8,317 nt of DNA, from NCBI GenBank assembly GCA_030614005.1, contig JAUWKS010000101.1:1-8317 (forward strand). The letters run 5' to 3'. The DNA is from Candidatus Heimdallarchaeota archaeon (lineage in GTDB: Archaea > Asgardarchaeota > Heimdallarchaeia > JABLTI01). Below are positions 1 through 6,377 of the stretch, piece after piece. A program made the translations under genes and the position numbers. The notes beneath the pieces are model-generated. The model was given only the letters and a program-made list of their open reading frames with translations. It had not been told where the DNA came from and searched no databases. Positions within the stretch are counted from its first letter, which is position 1, and every line of letters begins with the position of its first letter.

Positions 1-390
1 AAATCCACTATCTGCAAGCATAAATAACGCAAAACCTAGAATTAAAGCCACCATTGGTACGAAGAACCAAACAAGTACAGGATTTGCAATGATTCTTAAA
101 TTTGGATCCTGACCACCATTTAATCCATAAGTAAGAAAAACACTCATCCAGTAACTAGGTCCTTCCCAAAAAGTGTGACCTGGACCTCTTAATGAATTTG
201 TGATTCCCATAATTAATATGCTAATGAACCATGTAGAGAAAAGATAGATGCCCATTGGTGAGTGAAATTTTTTCCATATCCACTTTCCAATCGCGACAAG
301 CCAATCTCCCCATACACCAACAAAGGTTCTAGGACCCATTTCTGTTGAATCAACACTGACACCTTCAGTTTCAGTTTTTTCTGCTTGCAT
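1..390 (-). CDS. Hypothetical multi-pass membrane protein, N-terminal 130 aa; 3' end runs off the window
   Basis: Manual translation from ATG 390 is open to the edge: MQAEKTETEGVSVDSTEMGPRTFVGVWGDWLVAIGKWIWKKFHSPMGIYLFSTWFISILIMGITNSLRGPGHTFWEGPSYWMSVFLTYGLNGGQDPNLRIIANPVLVWFFVPMVALILGFALFMLADSGF. It has Trp-rich hydrophobic segments and a BRE/TATA upstream. Alternative GTG start at 402. Family not recognised. Confidence 0.85.
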   Translation of the reverse strand, partial: MQAEKTETEGVSVDSTEMGPRTFVGVWGDWLVAIGKWIWKKFHSPMGIYLFSTWFISILIMGITNSLRGPGHTFWEGPSYWMSVFLTYGLNGGQDPNLRIIANPVLVWFFVPMVALILGFALFMLADSGF

Positions 391-420
391 ATTAATAGCC
401 ACGTTTCATATTTTCTTAGA

Positions 421-440
421 CATTTTAAACCTTTTCTCTT
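421..440 (-). promoter_or_regulatory. Archaeal BRE + TATA promoter for the left-edge membrane protein gene
   Basis: Minus strand reads AAGAGAAAAG-G-TTTAAAA: purine-rich BRE followed by a TATA box (423-429), ~33 nt upstream of ATG 390. Confidence 0.6.
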
Positions 441-475
441 ACAATTAGATTTACATTAAAAAAAATGCTTCAACT

Positions 476-522
476 AAAATAATTTAAATGCGTTTATTCT
501 TGATTTTTTTAGTGCTTGAGGA
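476..522 (+). promoter_or_regulatory. Putative eutA promoter (TATA 483-489) and RBS (GAGGA 518-522)
   Basis: AAAATAA-TTTAAAT at 476-489; TTGAGGATTAAA directly precedes ATG 528. Confidence 0.5.
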
Positions 523-527
523 TTAAA

Positions 528-1961
528 ATGAATTCAGATGAGATATTGAACTTAGTTAGTGCCGGTATAGATGTTGGTACAACCACATCACATTTGATCT
601 TTTCTAAACTCAAACTTGAAAAAGTATATACTCCAAGAGGAGTAAAATTTGAGGTTACGAAGAGAGAAATACTATACAAAGGTAACATCTTACTCACTCC
701 GTTAGTAGATGGGCAAACTATTGATTATCTCAAACTTGTTGAGTTTATCAAATCTGAATATGAACTTGCAAATATGTCAATTGATGATATTGATACTGGT
801 GCCGTTATAATTACAGGGGAAAGTGCTAAAAAAGAAAATGCTGAAGATCTTGTGAAGGCTCTTGCATACAAGGCAGGTAAGTTTGTTTGTGCGGCTGCAG
901 GACCCAATTTTGAATCAATTATAGCAGCGATGGGATCCGGTGCTGCTCAATATTCTAAAGAAACAAAGAAAACTGTGATGAATATTGATATTGGAGGTGG
1001 TACTAGTAACATTGCTATCGTAAAAGACGGTGAAATCATTGATGCTGCATGTGTAAATGTTGGTGGAAGATTGCTAGCCTTTGATACAGAAGACAGAATT
1101 GTTGGAATTGAAGATCCTATTAGAAATTTGGAAGGCAAAATGGGGCTTAAATTCGATTATGGAGACCATATACCAATTGATCAAAAAAGGAAACTGGCTA
1201 AACTTCTTGCTGAAAGTCTCTTTGAAACCTTGGATAGAAATTTACAAACACAAATTGCAAAAAATCTACTTATGACAAATCCATTAGAATATGATGGAAC
1301 TATTGATGAGTTTATGTTTTCTGGTGGTGTAGCAGAGTATATTTACAAGCAGACTGAAGAATATTTTGGAGATCTGGGAAAATATTTGGGTGAAGAGATC
1401 CTCAAAATAATAAGAGAAAAGAATATTAGTATTCATAAACCAACAGAACTAATTCGTGCAACTGTTATTGGAGCAGGTCAATATACTCTTCAAGTATCAG
1501 GTGTTACTACTCACATTTCTGATATTGATATTTTACCAATTCATAACATTCCTGTTCTGGAACCTAAAATTGACAACAAGCAGATTACTGAGGAAACTGT
1601 GAAATTAGCTATTCAAAAGAGCCTTAATATGTTTGATGTGAAAGAAGGGGAAGAGACGGTAGCATTATCATTTAAGGGAGCGATTGGCGGGTCTTATGCA
1701 GGGTTAACTACTTTTGCTAAAGGTGTAGTAGGTGCTTTACCAAATACAATTAGAAAAGAAAAACCTGTTGTCCTAGTTTTTGATCGAGATATTGGTAATT
1801 CTGTTGGTAATGTTATGAGAAGAGAAACACCTGCAAAAAAGAATATTATTTCTATTGATGAAATAATTATCCAAGAAGGAGACTTTATTGATATTGATCT
1901 GCCTAAAGCAGGTGGACAAGTCGTTCCAGTAGTAGTTAAATCCTTAGTTTTTTCAGCTTAG
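528..1961 (+). CDS. eutA: Ethanolamine ammonia-lyase reactivating factor EutA (ASKHA/actin-like ATPase)
   Basis: EutA hallmarks along the whole length: SAGIDVGTTTSHLIFS, DTGAVIITGESAKKENA, FVCAAAGPNFESIIAAMGSGA, NIDIGGGTSN, ACVNVGGRLL, FSGGVAEYIY, IRATVIGAGQYTLQVSG, IISIDEI, GDFIDI, C-terminal VVPVVVKSLVF. ATG 528 is preferred over the track's TTG 516 because GAGGA sits 5 nt before it. Confidence 0.95.
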   Translation: MNSDEILNLVSAGIDVGTTTSHLIFSKLKLEKVYTPRGVKFEVTKREILYKGNILLTPLVDGQTIDYLKLVEFIKSEYELANMSIDDIDTGAVIITGESAKKENAEDLVKALAYKAGKFVCAAAGPNFESIIAAMGSGAAQYSKETKKTVMNIDIGGGTSNIAIVKDGEIIDAACVNVGGRLLAFDTEDRIVGIEDPIRNLEGKMGLKFDYGDHIPIDQKRKLAKLLAESLFETLDRNLQTQIAKNLLMTNPLEYDGTIDEFMFSGGVAEYIYKQTEEYFGDLGKYLGEEILKIIREKNISIHKPTELIRATVIGAGQYTLQVSGVTTHISDIDILPIHNIPVLEPKIDNKQITEETVKLAIQKSLNMFDVKEGEETVALSFKGAIGGSYAGLTTFAKGVVGALPNTIRKEKPVVLVFDRDIGNSVGNVMRRETPAKKNIISIDEIIIQEGDFIDIDLPKAGGQVVPVVVKSLVFSA

Positions 1962-1974
1962 AAAAATGTGATTG

Positions 1975-3582
1975 TTACCACCCTACTACTATTCCATCCG
2001 CTCGAGGGCTTGTCCCACCACAGAGAACACCATTCTTGGGATTTCTATTTATTATTTGACCTCGCCCAAATATCATTCTTGCAAATCCAGTAGTGGGTAC
2101 AATTGAGTGTCCCATTTGACTTAATCTACTTATGACTGCAATGTCAATCCCATCTTCTAAAGCTACGTCTCCTCTACTAGTTCCATCTCTTATAGTAAAT
2201 CTAGGTGCGTCAAGAGCTTGTTGAGGATTCATACCAAAATCAATCATGTTTACCATCACTTGTGCATGACCCTGAGGTTGATTAAATCCTCCCATCACAC
2301 CAAAACTAGAGTAGAGTTCATCATCCTTTGTAGCCATTCCAGGTATAATTGTGTGATATGGTCTCTTATTTGGTGCCAAAGCATTCGGATGATCAGGTTG
2401 TAGTGAAAAGTTTACCCCTCTATTTTGCAAGGTAAAACCACAACCTTTCGGAATTAGTCCTGTTCCAAATCCCATGTAATTAGAATTTATAAAGCTACAT
2501 GCATTTCCTTCTCCATCCACTACAGAGAAATAAACTGTATCAGAACTTGAAACAGGTGACCCTTTTTCAACATCGATAGTTGCTTTAGTTGGATCAAGTA
2601 ACTCTCTTCTTGTTTTTGCGTATTGTTTTGATAATAATTCTTGAATGGGAACATGAACAATATCAGGATCAGCTACATACCATCTAGTATCTGCAAAAGC
2701 AATGCGCATCGCTTCAATCATTGTATGCAAATGCTCAACAGATGAATGTTTCATATCACCAATATCAAACCCTTCGAGTACGTTAAGTGCCATTAGAGCA
2801 GTAATTCCTTGGCCATTTGGTGGTATTTCGTAGACGTCAACACCTCGATAGTTGATGGAAATAGGGTCATCGAAAGTGTTTTTGTGATTTTTCAAATCAT
2901 CTAAGGTCATATAACCCTCAAACGATTTGATTAATTCAATAATGGCATCCGCAATTCGACCTTCATAGAAACCACTTTTTCCATGTTCTGCTAGCTCGCG
3001 GAAAGTGTTGGCTAATGTTGGATTTTTCATAATCTCTCCCTCTTTAGGTGCTTCTCCATTAAGTAGCATTTCATCAGCATTTGGACCCAGTCGCAATTGC
3101 TTAACTCCACTTTGCCAAGATCTTGCTGTAATTGGAGCAACGGGAAAACCCTTCTCCGCTAATTCTATTGCTGGAGATAATATTTCCTTCAATGATATGC
3201 TGCCGAATCTCTTAACAGTATCTACCCAACCTGCTGCAGCACCAGGAACGGTAATTGTGTGAACATTGAGCGGTGGGATATCCTCTTGTATGTTGAGATT
3301 GTTGAGTTTTTCTATGCTCAAATCTGCTGGAGCTCTCCCACTTGCATTTAAGCCGTATACTTTCTTCTTCAGATTATCATAAAACAAACAGAAACAATCT
3401 CCACCTATTCCTGTAGAAGTAGGTTCAGTGAGATTCAACGTTGCGGCAACTGCAACTGCAGCATCAGCTGCGTTCCCCCCTTGTTGTAAAATTCGTAGCC
3501 CTACCTCTGAAGCAAGAGGCTGACTTGAAGCAACCATTCCATTTCTAGAGTAAACAGGAGATCTATAAGACTTGAATTGCAT
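1975..3582 (-). CDS. ggt: Gamma-glutamyltransferase family Ntn-hydrolase (YwrD/HpxW-like clade)
   Basis: GMVASSQPLA, GGNAADAAVA, EPTSTGIGGD, TVPGAAAGW, PPNGQG, catalytic Thr in DTVYFSVVD (Thr349, codon 2538-2536), SFINSN, LQNRG, KRPYHTIIPG, MGGFNQPQG, C-terminal PRADG. Confidence 0.95.
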   Translation of the reverse strand: MQFKSYRSPVYSRNGMVASSQPLASEVGLRILQQGGNAADAAVAVAATLNLTEPTSTGIGGDCFCLFYDNLKKKVYGLNASGRAPADLSIEKLNNLNIQEDIPPLNVHTITVPGAAAGWVDTVKRFGSISLKEILSPAIELAEKGFPVAPITARSWQSGVKQLRLGPNADEMLLNGEAPKEGEIMKNPTLANTFRELAEHGKSGFYEGRIADAIIELIKSFEGYMTLDDLKNHKNTFDDPISINYRGVDVYEIPPNGQGITALMALNVLEGFDIGDMKHSSVEHLHTMIEAMRIAFADTRWYVADPDIVHVPIQELLSKQYAKTRRELLDPTKATIDVEKGSPVSSSDTVYFSVVDGEGNACSFINSNYMGFGTGLIPKGCGFTLQNRGVNFSLQPDHPNALAPNKRPYHTIIPGMATKDDELYSSFGVMGGFNQPQGHAQVMVNMIDFGMNPQQALDAPRFTIRDGTSRGDVALEDGIDIAVISRLSQMGHSIVPTTGFARMIFGRGQIINRNPKNGVLCGGTSPRADGIVVGW

Positions 3583-3619
3583 AATTGAGCTAAAAATAGG
3601 TTAAAAATAAATGTGCCGG

Positions 3620-3637
3620 TTTTATATTTAATCCTGT
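3620..3637 (-). promoter_or_regulatory. Putative TATA box for ggt
   Basis: Minus strand ACAGGA-TTAAATATAAAA immediately after the upstream gene's stop, ~38 nt before ATG 3582. ggt could instead be co-transcribed with the upstream gene. Confidence 0.35.
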
Positions 3638-4306
3638 TTATGGGTTCCTGTAAATTTTATGGCCACAAAAAGAGCAATACTCTTCGACATCAACCAATTT
3701 CTTTTTGCAATTGGGACAAAACCATCCTTTAGTTATTGAAGTTTTTTCAATTTGTAGTTTTTTAGTTTTGATGGTTGAACCAGTTGAAGCTTCTTCTTTA
3801 GACTGCTCTCTCTTTCTTAGCAAGAGAACAGCTAAAAACGTAATACCAATTGTAAAAATAATACCAAAGATGATTAATGTGATAATTGTTGGAGTACCTT
3901 CAAATGATCCAGATTCTATGGGTGAATCCTGTACAATTACTTCAACATCAACTGAAATAGGGTTGTCTCTATTGTCTAGAATAATGTAGAAGTTTCGACC
4001 ATATTCAACAGAAAACGCAATTGAGTCTTGTTCTGAATTTATCCTTTCAATAACCGTTTCTGAACTATATCCGTCGCTCCAGTTTAGGTAATTCTCATAA
4101 TCAAATACGCGTAAGGAAATATCAGAGCCATTATAAACTTGAAAGAAAATATAAACAGAAGTGTCATCATTGGCTGTTATAATCCAACCGTTTGAATCAT
4201 AAGCGCTTACAGACCTTGTTTCATTAACCCAAGTAATTCCAAGGACTGGTTGTGAAGCAAGAAAAACAAGAACCACCATTATGAATACAACAGATTTTCT
4301 TTTCAT
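3638..4306 (-). CDS. Type I membrane protein: signal peptide, extracellular beta-rich domain, single TM helix, cytoplasmic C-terminal zinc ribbon
   Basis: N-terminal MKRK + hydrophobic stretch; beta-strand-like ectodomain with sequons NET, NGS, NWS; TM IITLIIFGIIFTIGITFLAVLLL followed by RKR; C-terminal CPNC-x10-CSFC. Confidence 0.9.
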   Translation of the reverse strand: MKRKSVVFIMVVLVFLASQPVLGITWVNETRSVSAYDSNGWIITANDDTSVYIFFQVYNGSDISLRVFDYENYLNWSDGYSSETVIERINSEQDSIAFSVEYGRNFYIILDNRDNPISVDVEVIVQDSPIESGSFEGTPTIITLIIFGIIFTIGITFLAVLLLRKREQSKEEASTGSTIKTKKLQIEKTSITKGWFCPNCKKKLVDVEEYCSFCGHKIYRNP

Positions 4307-4432
4307 CTCATGCCCTGTCTAATTATTCTCTATTACTTAATTATTCAAGTTCCTTTCTTAAATATGTTCTCAAATAACTGGCATATTGTTAAATACTGGT
4401 GACACTGGTTGTAGCTAATCTGATGTGATTTT

Positions 4433-5332
4433 ATGGAACTAACAGGAAAAAAAGAACTCCTTAGTCATTTACCTGATCGTCCAAAATATATACTTAAACT
4501 GTATCTACTCCAAGTTATTCTAATAACCTTGCTTACATTAGCAGTTCTATTTATTTTAGATATTCTCCCAAGTCTATTACCAACTGTTGGTTGGCTTACA
4601 TTATTAGAACCATACATCCCACCTTTGGGTTCAATGTTAGTGATAGCTGGGGGTTTAAGTATTGTTCATGTAGTATGGAGAAAGAGAGACAAGTTCATTT
4701 CTCAAGATAAAAAAAGAGCCTTCCAAAAATCTGTGAAATATACATTCACTGGTATTCCAATATCAATGGCAGGAATCATTCACATGTTTCTACCCGTTAG
4801 TTGGTTAGCTGAAGAAATCTTTTCACTAATTGGTTTTAGAAATCCTCTTACTGATCTTTTTCAAACACCTATTGGACGCCTAATTGCAACAGCTGCAGGT
4901 AACTCTAATTATAATGATTCGATAGTTAGAATCGTCTTTAGCGTTATGTTTTTGATACTCGCTATCTTGAATATATTCAGAACAATTTTCGTATTTGGAG
5001 TTGATTATTCTGCGATGGTTTATGTTTATTATCCTGAGGAGTCAAAAATTATAGACCATAAAATATATTCAATTGTTCGACATCCACTTTACGTTAGCGT
5101 ATTCCTTCTCATGATTAGCGCTTTGATTAGTAATTTTTCAATCTATTCGGTTATCATATCTATCGTCTTTATTCTCTGTTTTAGTTATCATATCTATGGT
5201 ATTGAGGAAAAAGAATTGATAGAAAGGTTTGGAGAAGGATTTAAGGCATACAGGAAAGAAGTTCCAGCGCTAATTATACATCCTCGAAATTGGGGTAAAT
5301 TCTTCAAATTTTTATTAGGTAAAGAGATTTAA
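4433..5332 (+). CDS. Isoprenylcysteine carboxyl methyltransferase / PEMT-family integral membrane methyltransferase
   Basis: C-terminal YSIVRHPLY and EEKELIERFGEGFKAYRKEVPALI match the RHPxY...EExxLxxxFGxxYxxYxxxVP family signature; several TM helices; GTGAT motif before ATG 4433. Substrate unknown. Confidence 0.85.
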   Translation: MELTGKKELLSHLPDRPKYILKLYLLQVILITLLTLAVLFILDILPSLLPTVGWLTLLEPYIPPLGSMLVIAGGLSIVHVVWRKRDKFISQDKKRAFQKSVKYTFTGIPISMAGIIHMFLPVSWLAEEIFSLIGFRNPLTDLFQTPIGRLIATAAGNSNYNDSIVRIVFSVMFLILAILNIFRTIFVFGVDYSAMVYVYYPEESKIIDHKIYSIVRHPLYVSVFLLMISALISNFSIYSVIISIVFILCFSYHIYGIEEKELIERFGEGFKAYRKEVPALIIHPRNWGKFFKFLLGKEI

Positions 5333-5351
5333 TATAGACTTATTCCTCCCA

Positions 5352-5396
5352 ATCACCTGATATTTTATCGAATTCAGGTGATAGTGCAATTTTTTA
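5352..5396. terminator. Stem-loop between convergent genes, possible terminator
   Basis: ATCACCTGA (5352-5360) pairs perfectly with TCAGGTGAT (5374-5382), extendable by ATT/AAT after a 1-nt bulge. It starts ~20 nt after the methyltransferase stop, and a T-run follows at 5390-5395. Confidence 0.5.
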
Positions 5397-5422
5397 AAGA
5401 GAAATAAAATCTTCGATATTTG

Positions 5423-5453
5423 TTAGTTAGCCACGCTTAAGTGGTTATTCTAA
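5423..5453 (+). other. Second, imperfect hairpin in the convergent intergenic region
   Basis: TTAG-T-TAGCCAC / GTGGTTA-TT-CTAA around a GCTTAA loop, with one G-U pair on the plus strand. Confidence 0.3.
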
Positions 5454-5513
5454 TAAGGAGACCCATCCAAAAAGATATCTTCTTGTAAGGTAGCATTGTT
5501 TTGGAAAAAGACT

Positions 5514-5942
5514 TTACTCACAATCTCCTTGATCTTCCGGTTCTGGTTCTTTTAGTATTGCTGTTGATGTAATCTTCAAGAATATGTTTTTCTCTCTTTT
5601 TGCAAAACGATATAAGAACCGATATTTCTTTGCAATCTTTTGTTCAGCTTTGGAAACTTCTTCACCTTCGAGGAACTCTACATTACCATGAATTCGTAAA
5701 TCAATGAATTTTTGCCTTATTTTTCCTATAAAATTACAGGAAACAAAGACAACCTTTGAATTGTTACGCATCCTTTTAACTTTCCAAGATTGATCCTCTG
5801 TCATTATGAAAACATCATCATTTTCTCTTGCAAACCAAATAGGTGTAGAAACGTCTTCACCATTCTTCTTGTAGGTTGTCAAACTAATATATTTCTGATT
5901 GTTCAATATTTTATCTAACATTTCTGTGGTTTTCGAAACCAT
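5514..5942 (-). CDS. PPOX class (putatively F420-dependent) oxidoreductase, Rv2061-like split beta-barrel
   Basis: KYISLTTYKKNGEDVSTPIWFA and SWKVKRMRNNSKV...SCNFIGK match the Y-x-x-L-T-T-(F/Y)-x-K-x-G...TPVW and KVKRIRxxxxV...C-x-x-x-G pattern of this family; ends with IAKKY; RBS GAGG at 5950-5953 (minus). Confidence 0.9.
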   Translation of the reverse strand: MVSKTTEMLDKILNNQKYISLTTYKKNGEDVSTPIWFARENDDVFIMTEDQSWKVKRMRNNSKVVFVSCNFIGKIRQKFIDLRIHGNVEFLEGEEVSKAEQKIAKKYRFLYRFAKREKNIFLKITSTAILKEPEPEDQGDCE

Positions 5943-5949
5943 GATTAAG

Positions 5950-5983
5950 CCTCAATTACTATAACACAATTTGGTTTAAATAT
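5950..5983 (-). promoter_or_regulatory. TATA box and RBS for the PPOX gene
   Basis: Minus strand ATATTTAAACC (5983-5973) ~33 nt upstream of the start; TTGAGGCTTAATC-ATG resembles TTGAGGATTAAA-ATG of eutA. Confidence 0.5.
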
Positions 5984-6015
5984 GATGCAAACTACAAATT
6001 TTCATTCTTCTAAAT

Positions 6016-6050
6016 ATTCTATTCCAATAATTGGAAAGAATTCTATATAA
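6016..6050 (+). promoter_or_regulatory. Operator-like palindrome abutting a TATA box
   Basis: ATTCT-A-TTCCAA-TAA-TTGGAA-AGAAT (6016-6041), then CTATATAA (6043-6050). Confidence 0.45.
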
Positions 6051-6060
6051 GTGTGTGAGC

Positions 6061-6250
6061 GGGGTGTGGAATATTGAGGTTAAGGAAGGAATAGAAAGAT
6101 TAGTCCGTCCATTGATCTTGCAGAAATTTATTTTAACCTTCCAAAACCTCACCATTCACCTTTACTGTTTTATCTTTCATCTGGTCATTTATTGGTCACT
6201 TTTTCTCGTCATGTTAAAATCAGGTGACCAGTTAAGTGTACATTAGTGAC
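6061..6250 (+). ncRNA. Candidate structured RNA or long 5' leader, no known family recognised
   Basis: TGAGGTT-AA-GGAAGG (6075-6089) pairs with CCTTCC-AA-AACCTCA (6137-6151); apical stem 6096-6104/6111-6119; outer stem 6061-6069/6152-6162; alternative pairings among 6181-6190, 6191-6201, 6222-6232 and 6245-6250. G-U pairs favour the plus strand. Confidence 0.45.
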
Positions 6251-6254
6251 AAAC

Positions 6255-6377
6255 ATGAGTGAAAGAAAACATCAAGCAAGAACAGAACAAGCAGAGAGAA
6301 CATTCAGAAATAATGAAGAAAAAAAGAAGAAAAAGTTAAACTATGATTATTTCATTGGACAAATAATCTTCAGTTAA
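6255..6377 (+). CDS. Putative 40-aa small protein, below the ORF-track cutoff
   Basis: Manual translation MSERKHQARTEQAERTFRNNEEKKKKKLNYDYFIGQIIFS; ATG start with GTGA 5 nt upstream; purine-rich coding-like strand; U-tract TCTTCTTTTT follows at 6381-6390. Confidence 0.4.
   Translation: MSERKHQARTEQAERTFRNNEEKKKKKLNYDYFIGQIIFS

Noticed and set aside
509-1275. Short ORFs 509-697(-), 725-907(-), 947-1138(-), 1081-1275(+)
   Set aside because: Antisense or out-of-frame shadows within the strongly supported eutA gene; no recognisable motifs.
1975-3582. Slightly higher GC in ggt as a sign of horizontal transfer
   Set aside because: The difference by eye is small and explicable by the Gly/Ala/Pro-rich protein; no mobility signatures flank the gene.
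2218-3989. Short ORFs 2218-2403(+), 3005-3262(+), 3705-3989(+)
   Set aside because: Antisense shadows of ggt and the zinc-ribbon gene.
6133-6180. Minus-strand mini-ORF MKDKTVKVNGEVLEG, superficially like a ThiS/MoaD N-terminus; also a 59-aa minus ORF from ATG 6155
   Set aside because: Stops after 15 codons with no Gly-Gly C-terminus, and no frameshifted continuation looks ubiquitin-like. Both ORFs lie in the hairpin arm.
6031-6246. 71-aa plus-strand ORF in the track
   Set aside because: TTG start inside a palindrome with no RBS; it runs across the TATA box and the hairpin region and has no protein-like motif. Better explained as promoter plus structured RNA.
5514-6377. CaaX prenylation substrates for the ICMT-like enzyme (PPOX tail ...GDCE; 40-aa peptide KKKKK...IIFS)
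   Set aside because: Neither has Cys at the -4 position; the peptide has no Cys at all.
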